Source: an uncultured Thermococci archaeon
Lineage (GTDB): Archaea > CAYQAE01 > CAYVLA01
DNA: 35,633 bases
Direction of reading: 5' to 3'
Assembly (NCBI GenBank): GCA_964549615.1
Contig: CAZJVP010000016.1
Location: 1 to 35,633 of the forward strand
Part shown: positions 27,824 to 35,633 of the stretch, piece after piece
How positions within the stretch are numbered: the first letter of the stretch is position 1
Layout of the letters: the number at the start of each line of letters is the position of its first letter
Notes under the pieces: model-generated
Told to the model about the DNA's origin: nothing
The model's database searches: none
Seen by the model: the letters and a program-made list of their open reading frames with translations, nothing else
Program-made: the position numbers and the translations under genes

Positions 27824-30800
27824 TTGAACCCTATCAAGTCCTGCATCTTCGGGTCAATCCTTCTAGCGTTCATCGGCGTTCCGCTTGGCTCCGCTCTTCC
27901 CGACCTCGCCGTCCTGTCGATCGAGACCATACCCAGCCCTCCCCTCGTCGGACTCCCGACGATGGTGATAGCGGAGGTTCAGAACCTAGGCGATGACAGC
28001 GTCGGCAACGGGTTCCAGGGCCAGTTCTATGTCGATGGTCATCCTTTCGAAAACCCAAGGCAGTTCCCAGCGGGCCTGCCGCCCGGCCACGGACGCATGG
28101 TTGTGACCTATTGGACCCCGAGCGAAAGGGGCCTGCACAGGTTAGGCTTCTTCATCGACGTCACGCAAAACGTCACTGAGTCCGATGAGTCGCAAAGCAG
28201 CAACTATCATGAGATCCAAGTGACCGCCGAGTTTCCTCCGGATCTCGTCGTGGATAGCATTAAATTCGAACCCCCGCAGCCAGTGTCCGGCGAATCCGTA
28301 ACCATCAAGGCAAGAATTAGGAACGCAGGCTACAGCCTCACCGACTACAGCTTCTGGTGCGACTTTTACGTAAATGGCTCATTCTTGGCCAGCAAAGAGA
28401 TATCGGAGTATGTAGGGCCGGGCGCCGCTGCTGAGATCGCGACAAGCTGGATCCCCGCCACAAGCGGAACCTATGTCATTCGGCTCCATATAGACGGCGA
28501 TGACTACATCAGGGAGATGGACGAAACCAACAACGAAAAAACCGTGCTTATCACGGTCTCCATGCCCAAGCTGGCGGACCTAGTGGTGACCGACGTCTGG
28601 CACGAGGCGGATCTGATAGTCTGCCAGATCATGAACATCGGGGCTGGATTTGTGCCTTCGGGTGTGAGGGTCGAGCTGTGGATCGATGGGTACGTAGTTG
28701 ACTCTAGGTCTGCCGACGGGCTTCGCTCTAGAGAAAGACGTTATGTGCAGTTCGGCGAACACCAGTGGCGCCTGAAGGCTTCGACTGCCCTGATAAAGGT
28801 CTGCGCCGATCCAGCAAACCGTGTGCCGGAGGCTAACGAGTCGAACAACTGCAGGGTCGAACTATGGAAGTCGGACGAGGATCCGCCCGTCATCATGAAG
28901 GGCCCATCCGTCACTGTGACGAGCGATTCGGCAACGATCATGTGGAGAACGGATGAGCCGTCCAACAGCGTGCTGAGGCTTGACGAAAGCAAGCCAGTCA
29001 AATCAAAGACCGTCAAGGACGCTTCCCTTGTAATCGACCACGCCGTCATCGTCACGGATCTGAAGCCATCCACGGGATACGCGTTCTATGTGGAATCAAG
29101 CGATGCCTCAGGGAACTTGGTTCGAAGCCAAACCTGCATCTTCTTCACAGCTGCGGCCCAAGATCTACAACTGCCAACCGTCCGAGTCCTAAGGAAGACT
29201 AGGGACGACGGCACGCCGGTTCTTCAGGCAAACGTTTCCGACGATATCGGCGTGAGCAGGGTTGAGTTCTACATCGACGGCCACCTCCACGGCACCACCT
29301 GCTCTTATCCATACGAGCTTCCTCTGGATGAGGCGGCCATGACGGCGGGACTACATGGCGTGGTCGCACATGTCTTCGACCTCTTCGGAAACACGGCCCA
29401 GTGCCAAATGTCGTATTCGGTTGAATTTCCCGAATACGATGGAGGCCCGATCATCGTGATCATCAACCCCAGAGAAGGCGACACCCTATCAGGCAAGGTG
29501 CAGATGCGCCTGACGGCCAACGACCGCGACGGCATCGAGACCCTCGAGATCTACATGGATGCCGAAAGGATCTACAGTCGAACCGGAGTGCCTGCCCTAC
29601 GCACGACGGATGCCGACCCTTGGATGCGTAAGTCGGAGAAGCAGATCGAGGCTGAGACCAGCTTCAATATCACCCTAGTCTTGGATACGCTTAACTGGGA
29701 CAATGGTGCACATCAGCTTCTCATCAGGGGCTGGGACATACACGACAACGTGACCGAGTGGACATTGCACATCACGATCTTCAACGCCGTGCCAAGGCAC
29801 CGCCCCAGCCTCGTACTCACTAGGCCCGCTGCAGAGCTTCACGAAAGGCCCGGACCGGGCTCGCATCCGGGCCTCGTGGTCACTCTTCAGATAAGAAACG
29901 CAGGAAACGCTGCGGCCAGGAACATCATCATCGAAGATGTGCTCCACGGGTTCTGTCCCACCGGGATCCACTATACGATCCCGAGCTCCGGATCGACGTT
30001 GTCGACCCGGTTTTACCGATCTGCCTCATTCGCTTCCGCTTTGATGCAGATCCCCGAGCTGGGTGCGGGCGAGTCCCTGACCATCAAATATGCCGTCGTC
30101 CCGATACTCCGGGAGATAATTCCCTTTCACAGAAACATAGGTGCCACCGTGATCATTAGCTACAACGGCACGCAGGGAGATCATTACGATGATATGCTTT
30201 GCCTCACCACATCCGACGTCAGCGTCCAGATGGAGACGCCTCCCTTTCACTGGTCGACCGGCGATGTGGTTTCCCTGCCCGACGCCGTCTCAGCGTGCCT
30301 GTACTGCTCCGACTACCTGATCGTCACCTGCCCGGGCAATATGTTCATGCTGCCGAGCACGGACGAGGAGGTCAGCCTGCTCCTCCAGTCGATGGCGAGG
30401 CTCGCATGGATAAAGGAAGGTGCCCTCGCGTTTCTTGACTCAGCAAGGGAGTCGACCATGAGAACCCGTCTTTGCGAGCTGATATGGCACGACGGGTACT
30501 GGAGCGAACAGCTTGACCCCGACTACCCACACTACGGCTACCTGCTCATAGTAGGCGAATCCGACATAGTCCCATCATGGCACCATAGATCGTTCGACAT
30601 CATTTGGGAGAGTGGTGGTGAAAAGCATGTTGACCTGTGCGACACCGACTACGCCGACTCAAACTCGGACTGGAAGCCGGAGATAATCGTGGGACGGATC
30701 ATAGGCGAGTCGGCGAATGCACTCAGGATCCCCATCGATGCAAGCATCGCGGTCGCTGAAGGCGGCGCCGGTGAGCCGTGGCCAGTCATGAGCGCCTTGT

Positions 30801-33568
30801 TGATATCGGGCTACGGAGATCACTATGAGGTATTCGAGGAAAGCGTTGACGAGTGTGCCGCCTATCTTTGGGTTCGTTGCGGGCGCATAGAAAAGCTGGC
30901 GATGCGGGATTACTTCGAGCTGGATCGATTCGACCACGAGTTCACACGAAACGACGGCCTTGCCATCGGCGACGTGACCGGAGGATCTGAAAACGAGATC
31001 GTGATCGCCAAGGATGACAACCACATGCTCTACATCTACGACTCACGCGGATCGCTCCTGATGAGCCAGCCATGGGCGGATTTTGACGCCGACTGCATAA
31101 TGCGCACGGTGGCAAGAACGGGCCTGGACCGGATTGCGATTCTGGACCCGGGCGCCGGCCTCGTCAAGACTAGGTCGGCGGACGGAACCGACACCGGATC
31201 AACTTCGGTTTGGAGCATCTCAGGATACTGCGACTTCGCAACGGGCGATCTTGATGCAGACGGCCAGGCTGAGTACGTACTCGCAAGCGACGAAGATAAC
31301 CGAATCTACATATATGGAAGCTTCACGAACTCGTTCCCTTTCCAATTCACGGAATACGACCACATAGCGGTAGGGAACGTCGTCGGGGACTCTAGGGAAG
31401 AGATAGTGATCGCCAAAGACGACGACAACGCCATCTACATCTATCAGAGCTCAGCTACCATCATTGGAGGTGCAAGCCTGCTTGGAACCATAACGAGCAC
31501 GGGGCACACATACTACACCCGTAGCGACAAACTGGCGGTCGGTGACGTGTGCGACGATGGCATGGACGAGATCGTGATAGGCATGAACGACGATGGTTTC
31601 GTCCGGGCCTACAACGCAGCCGGGCAGGAAAGGGGCAACGTCGACCTGGGCTTCACGGAGCATGACCAGCTCGCGGTTGGTGATCTCCTCGGCGACGCCA
31701 AGGAGGAGATCGTCATTGCGAGGGACGACGACGGCAAGGTGATCATCGCTGACCTAACATGGGCCGCCAGGATCGCCCAGGACATACGATCGCACAGCCT
31801 AGATACCGACGTCATCATGTTCAGGGGACACGGAAGCCCCAATAATTGGAACTGCTTCGGCACCCGCGACGTTCCAAGCGACTATTCGTCGGCCACTCCA
31901 ATCGTCTGCGGCTTCACCTGTCTTAGCGGGAACTATGAGGATGGGGCCATCGCCGAGACCTTCCTTGGGAGAGGCGCCGCCGTCTACATCGGATCGACCA
32001 TGGTCTCCCCAACAAACATCAACAAGTTTGCGGCCAAAAGACTGCTCGGCAACTGGGTGAACACCGATCGAACCATCGGACAGGCCTTCAAACAGACCGA
32101 GCGAGACGTGGAGGATAGATACGAGGGCATAGTTTATGGCGACTTCGGCAAGTTCTGGGTTGCGGAGTATAACCTGTACGGTGATCCCAAGTTCGGCTCG
32201 TACATAGTTGTGGGCTCCTTGGGCTCATTTACCCAGCCAGAGAATCCAAAGCCAAGCATTGGCTCGCCGGCAGCCCTTTCCCAGTCAGCTCAGCCGCAGA
32301 GCGACATCGAGGTGCAGATACCCCAGCTTCAAATCTCAGCACAAAATGGGTATCACTTCATCTCTCTTCCCGACGGCGGCTTCACAATGGAGGAAGGAAT
32401 GCCACAGCTTCCGACCTACCTTTTCACCGTGCCCGTGGCGTCTGGATTGAGAGTCAACGACGTGATCCTTGTTGAGAAACGGGGCGAGTTGGTCTATGAA
32501 GGGATCGAGCTGCCACCGTTGAAGATCAAGACTGACCAAGGGCAGTCCGCATCGAGCCCCGAGAATTATAGCTACCCCGAGGGAACCTACCCGCCGAAGG
32601 AGTACTCGTGGAAGGTTGCCGAGGACGACGCGGGTGACCGACTTCTTCTCATCAACATCTGCCCAGTCGAGTACAACCTTCTTACGGCGCGACTGATCTT
32701 CTGGCAGAGTTACCTGTTCCGCATCCAGTATTCGCAATCGATCGCAGGGATATCTCAGGCTCGTCCCAGAGCCCTTGTGTACGGCGTTGGCGAGGAGGTC
32801 AGGATCGACGTGTGCATCGAGCTCAACCAAGGCAACGAGATCGACGCGATTCTATACGGATCTGTTCGATCGTATGAATCCCTTGAACTTCTCAGCGGCA
32901 CGAAGTTGCAGAGTCTAACCGTGCGAGGAAGGACGTATGCCTCGCTCACGTGGGATGCGCTCGAGGTTCCGCCCGGGGGATATGTCCTGGAAATCGTCCT
33001 CACCGATAGCCAGGGCAACGTTCTGGACTCAAGAAGCGTGAGGTTCTGGCTCGAAGAGCCCGGGACGAGCATGACCGAGGTGACGGCGAGTCCCAGCATG
33101 GTGGCTCCCAGCGGCACCGTCACGGCTGCGGTAACGCTATTCAACGATGGCGACTCCCGGGCCGAGGGGAGCGTGGTGATATGGATCATGGACACGGTTG
33201 GACGAATTCTCGTGCAATGTCAGATCAACGGCACTTCGATCATGCCTCATTCAACATCCAGGCTTGAACACGCTCTCGACCTGCCTGGATTGGCGGAAGG
33301 AGAGTACTGGATAGGGGCTTGGGCGTGGATCGACGGTGAATCAGCAGGGAGCGGATATGCCAGTTTCCTGGTCTCGGAGGCTCTGAGCGCAGTCAGCTGT
33401 CTCGTTGCGGTAGCCAGCATCGCTTTCCTCGCAACGAGAAATGGGTTCGCAACTGAGCCCCAGGCACTTCTTCGACTCTTGCGGATTCGTTCGGCTCAAG
33501 CATCTGGACGTGGCTGCCCGAGAATCAACCTGCCGGCACTCTTCCCAAGACGAATGGCTCCGCAGTGA
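27824..33568 (+). CDS. Large surface-anchored C25 (gingipain-like) cysteine peptidase with CARDB, FN3, Ig-like and FG-GAP domains
   Basis: Signal peptide; three CARDB-like repeats (PDL.V..I...E.DE.NN); FN3; two Big-like domains; C25 motifs DYLIV, YLLIVG, D..Y, PEIIVGRI, FRGHG, TC.SG, YIGST, YNLYGDP; propeptide-like G.P.LP domain; C-terminal TM. Confidence 0.82.
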   Translation: MNPIKSCIFGSILLAFIGVPLGSALPDLAVLSIETIPSPPLVGLPTMVIAEVQNLGDDSVGNGFQGQFYVDGHPFENPRQFPAGLPPGHGRMVVTYWTPSERGLHRLGFFIDVTQNVTESDESQSSNYHEIQVTAEFPPDLVVDSIKFEPPQPVSGESVTIKARIRNAGYSLTDYSFWCDFYVNGSFLASKEISEYVGPGAAAEIATSWIPATSGTYVIRLHIDGDDYIREMDETNNEKTVLITVSMPKLADLVVTDVWHEADLIVCQIMNIGAGFVPSGVRVELWIDGYVVDSRSADGLRSRERRYVQFGEHQWRLKASTALIKVCADPANRVPEANESNNCRVELWKSDEDPPVIMKGPSVTVTSDSATIMWRTDEPSNSVLRLDESKPVKSKTVKDASLVIDHAVIVTDLKPSTGYAFYVESSDASGNLVRSQTCIFFTAAAQDLQLPTVRVLRKTRDDGTPVLQANVSDDIGVSRVEFYIDGHLHGTTCSYPYELPLDEAAMTAGLHGVVAHVFDLFGNTAQCQMSYSVEFPEYDGGPIIVIINPREGDTLSGKVQMRLTANDRDGIETLEIYMDAERIYSRTGVPALRTTDADPWMRKSEKQIEAETSFNITLVLDTLNWDNGAHQLLIRGWDIHDNVTEWTLHITIFNAVPRHRPSLVLTRPAAELHERPGPGSHPGLVVTLQIRNAGNAAARNIIIEDVLHGFCPTGIHYTIPSSGSTLSTRFYRSASFASALMQIPELGAGESLTIKYAVVPILREIIPFHRNIGATVIISYNGTQGDHYDDMLCLTTSDVSVQMETPPFHWSTGDVVSLPDAVSACLYCSDYLIVTCPGNMFMLPSTDEEVSLLLQSMARLAWIKEGALAFLDSARESTMRTRLCELIWHDGYWSEQLDPDYPHYGYLLIVGESDIVPSWHHRSFDIIWESGGEKHVDLCDTDYADSNSDWKPEIIVGRIIGESANALRIPIDASIAVAEGGAGEPWPVMSALLISGYGDHYEVFEESVDECAAYLWVRCGRIEKLAMRDYFELDRFDHEFTRNDGLAIGDVTGGSENEIVIAKDDNHMLYIYDSRGSLLMSQPWADFDADCIMRTVARTGLDRIAILDPGAGLVKTRSADGTDTGSTSVWSISGYCDFATGDLDADGQAEYVLASDEDNRIYIYGSFTNSFPFQFTEYDHIAVGNVVGDSREEIVIAKDDDNAIYIYQSSATIIGGASLLGTITSTGHTYYTRSDKLAVGDVCDDGMDEIVIGMNDDGFVRAYNAAGQERGNVDLGFTEHDQLAVGDLLGDAKEEIVIARDDDGKVIIADLTWAARIAQDIRSHSLDTDVIMFRGHGSPNNWNCFGTRDVPSDYSSATPIVCGFTCLSGNYEDGAIAETFLGRGAAVYIGSTMVSPTNINKFAAKRLLGNWVNTDRTIGQAFKQTERDVEDRYEGIVYGDFGKFWVAEYNLYGDPKFGSYIVVGSLGSFTQPENPKPSIGSPAALSQSAQPQSDIEVQIPQLQISAQNGYHFISLPDGGFTMEEGMPQLPTYLFTVPVASGLRVNDVILVEKRGELVYEGIELPPLKIKTDQGQSASSPENYSYPEGTYPPKEYSWKVAEDDAGDRLLLINICPVEYNLLTARLIFWQSYLFRIQYSQSIAGISQARPRALVYGVGEEVRIDVCIELNQGNEIDAILYGSVRSYESLELLSGTKLQSLTVRGRTYASLTWDALEVPPGGYVLEIVLTDSQGNVLDSRSVRFWLEEPGTSMTEVTASPSMVAPSGTVTAAVTLFNDGDSRAEGSVVIWIMDTVGRILVQCQINGTSIMPHSTSRLEHALDLPGLAEGEYWIGAWAWIDGESAGSGYASFLVSEALSAVSCLVAVASIAFLATRNGFATEPQALLRLLRIRSAQASGRGCPRINLPALFPRRMAPQ

Positions 33569-33736
33569 TGAGTGCGGCTCAGGTGGCCGTCAGATTGCCG
33601 GTCAAAGACCTGCCGAGCTACTAGCTCAATCGGATCTCTTGGCGGTCGATACTCGAGAAACAACGTATATTTGGTGCCAAAGGCCAGTGCCACGCATTCG
33701 AGCCCAGCTAGGGTCGAGGAAAGGTCGCGATGGAAT

Positions 33737-34507
33737 ATGGCGAACGTACGGTACGAGACGATGCTGCCGCGCGAGATACGCAGGGCAAGGGAAAGGATGC
33801 CCGTGGCTTATCTGCCGATGGGCATATTGGAGTGGCACGGCGAGTTCCTCCCCGTGGGAAACGATGCGCTGAAGGCGCATGCGCTCTGCTGCAGGATGGC
33901 GGAGGAGATCGGAGGCCTTGTCATGCCGCCCTTTTACTGGGGGGACAACAGGGCCGAGATAGCGGAGGTCGTTTTCAAGCCACAGTATTTCGGGCACCTA
34001 GACCATGACCACACGGTCGAAATGATGGAGGTCTATGGGCTGCGCAAAGAGGATTTCGAGCGGGAAGCCGAGCGTTCCAAGGCTGAGGGCGGGTGGAGAC
34101 TGTTCAAGGAGCTGCTGGATCACTCGCTCCACCAGATCGAGTCGCTGGGCTTCAAGGTCATAGTCGTCGTAGCGGGGCACTACCCGCTCATCGGGCCCTC
34201 CAGACAGGTGGCCGAGAGCTACGACGGCAGAGCGAAGATCATGCCGATGATCGGATACGATCTGGTGAAGGACCAGGGGTACAAAGGTGACCACGCGGCC
34301 AGATGGGAAACCTCCCTCCTGCTTGCCCTTCGGCCCGAGCTCGTCGACACGCTCGGACTCAAGGATGCGCAGAGGCTCGTGGGCATCATGGGTGAGGATC
34401 CACGGAAAGCCTCGGCCGAATACGGTAGGGAAGGGATAAACGCGATCATCCGGGAAGCACGCGGCAGGATCGCTGAACTCCTATCCCAAGCTCGGAGAGG
34501 CGAGTAG
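33737..34507 (+). CDS. Creatininase/MftE family amidohydrolase
   Basis: LPMGILEWHGEFLPVGND, VAGH, GDHAARWETS; start at ATG 33737. Confidence 0.9.
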   Translation: MANVRYETMLPREIRRARERMPVAYLPMGILEWHGEFLPVGNDALKAHALCCRMAEEIGGLVMPPFYWGDNRAEIAEVVFKPQYFGHLDHDHTVEMMEVYGLRKEDFEREAERSKAEGGWRLFKELLDHSLHQIESLGFKVIVVVAGHYPLIGPSRQVAESYDGRAKIMPMIGYDLVKDQGYKGDHAARWETSLLLALRPELVDTLGLKDAQRLVGIMGEDPRKASAEYGREGINAIIREARGRIAELLSQARRGE

Positions 34508-34530
34508 CCGAGTAGCTGAGTAGCCCCGTA

Positions 34531-35049
34531 ATGCTTATGAGCTCCCAGCCCATCGTGGATACCATGAACGTCTTTGACTGCATCGTGCAGAGAAGGTCGG
34601 TCAGGTCCTACACGGATAGGAAGATCCCGGATGAGGCCGTCAACAGGATCCTTGAGGCCGGAAGGTGGGCACCGAGCGCTGGCAACCGTCAACCCTGGAG
34701 CTTCATCGTCATACGGGATCGTGAAATACTCAAGAAAATAGCGGAGCACGCCCGGTACGGCAGCTTCATCTCGGAAGCCCCTCTCGCCATCGCGGTGGTG
34801 ACCGATCCGTCAAGCGACTGGCACATCGTTGATGGGTCAGGCGCAGTGCAGAATATGGCTCTAGCAGCGTGGGAGATGGGCATAGGGACCTGCTGGATAG
34901 GCAGCCTCAACAGGGACGAGGTAAAGAAGATCCTCGGCGTGCCGGAGAAGCTGCACCTTCTGACGGTGCTGCCTTTCGGTTATCCGGCCCGCGTGGGAGC
35001 GTCCAACAGGAAGGCGATGGACGCAATCCTGCACCGCGACAGATGGTGA
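34531..35049 (+). CDS. Nitroreductase family protein
   Basis: RRSVRSY, WAPSAGNRQPW, QNMALAA..MGIGTCWI, PFGYP. The start may be ATG 34564. Confidence 0.95.
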   Translation: MLMSSQPIVDTMNVFDCIVQRRSVRSYTDRKIPDEAVNRILEAGRWAPSAGNRQPWSFIVIRDREILKKIAEHARYGSFISEAPLAIAVVTDPSSDWHIVDGSGAVQNMALAAWEMGIGTCWIGSLNRDEVKKILGVPEKLHLLTVLPFGYPARVGASNRKAMDAILHRDRW

Positions 35050-35210
35050 GCCCGGCGAAGAAGTCCCGTTTGGACGGCCCCTTATCCGTCGCGGCGATGG
35101 TTGGCTTCTCAGTGACCTATCCGTTGCTCTGAGCCGCTAGGATCAAACAGGGCCCGAGTGGCCGAAAGATATTTCCTGCGCCCGCGCCAGAACGCGGGTC
35201 CAATGATTGG

Positions 35211-35585
35211 ATGATTGGACCATTCAGGGCAGCCCTTGCGGGCGCCGCCTTACTGGCGGGGTTTGTCGCCTTCGTGATCGCGCTCGTGCTAGTGGGTCTC
35301 ATGCTATTTATGGCCGGAAGGATCGTGGTGGGAAGAAAAGCGACCTTCGACGCAGCGGTGGCGATAGCATTCCTAGGAAGCCTCGCAGGGTTCATCCTCT
35401 CCCTCTTTTTCCCACGAGTCGGTCCACTCGTGGCGCTCGTGGTGTGGCTATGCCTGATCAAGTCTTTCTTCAGCACCGATTGGATCCAGGCCCTGGCCGT
35501 CGGGCTGCTTGCCGTCCTCGTGACGGTCGCAGTGAGGATCGTCGTGGGGATACTTTTCAGGATCACGCTCTTCGCGCTCCCCTAG
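35211..35585 (+). CDS. Small membrane protein (about 4 TM)
   Basis: Four hydrophobic segments; IK..F.TDW..A pattern; BRE/TATA-like CGAAAGATATTT at 35163-35174. Confidence 0.75.
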   Translation: MIGPFRAALAGAALLAGFVAFVIALVLVGLMLFMAGRIVVGRKATFDAAVAIAFLGSLAGFILSLFFPRVGPLVALVVWLCLIKSFFSTDWIQALAVGLLAVLVTVAVRIVVGILFRITLFALP

Positions 35586-35633
35586 GTCTTGGCACCTAGG
35601 CTTCTGCCAGCGCAGGCCGGGCCGAAGCTGGAC

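Noticed and set aside
1-35633. CRISPR arrays, transposases/integrases, selenocysteine or pyrrolysine recoding
   Set aside because: No regularly spaced direct repeats, no mobile-element ORFs, and no gene whose homology visibly continues through an in-frame TGA/TAG.

Overview
GC-rich, gene-dense window that looks archaeal: BRE/TATA-like boxes sit about 25-50 nt upstream of many start codons, there is a GAGGTGA-type Shine-Dalgarno, and one oligo-T terminator. I count 23 intact CDSs, mostly catabolic or cell-surface. Enzymes: GH99/DUF5010-like and GH116 glycosidases, a GH42-like hypothetical, an SGNH esterase, a C-N hydrolase, two PHP-type metallohydrolases, a ceramidase-like hydrolase, an Ogl/TolB-like propeller, three UroD/MtaA-fold proteins, a DegT aminotransferase, a creatininase, a nitroreductase and a CxxS thioredoxin. 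There is also an FG-GAP surface protein and a 1914-aa gingipain-like (C25) protease. Main observations: (1) four unrelated secreted proteins end in a shared [V/M]-x-E + short TM + basic tail, a candidate degenerate PEF/PEP-CTERM-like sorting signal; (2) the C25 protease has an FG-GAP propeller inserted in its catalytic domain and a propeptide-like domain C-terminal to it; (3) several intergenic regions form nested 100-225 nt fold-backs, including a candidate ncRNA at 4628-4838; (4) a multiply frameshifted pseudogene is paralogous to a neighbouring membrane-anchored protein. No rRNA, tRNA, CRISPR array or transposase was recognised. All family calls come from motif recognition by eye; no searches were run.
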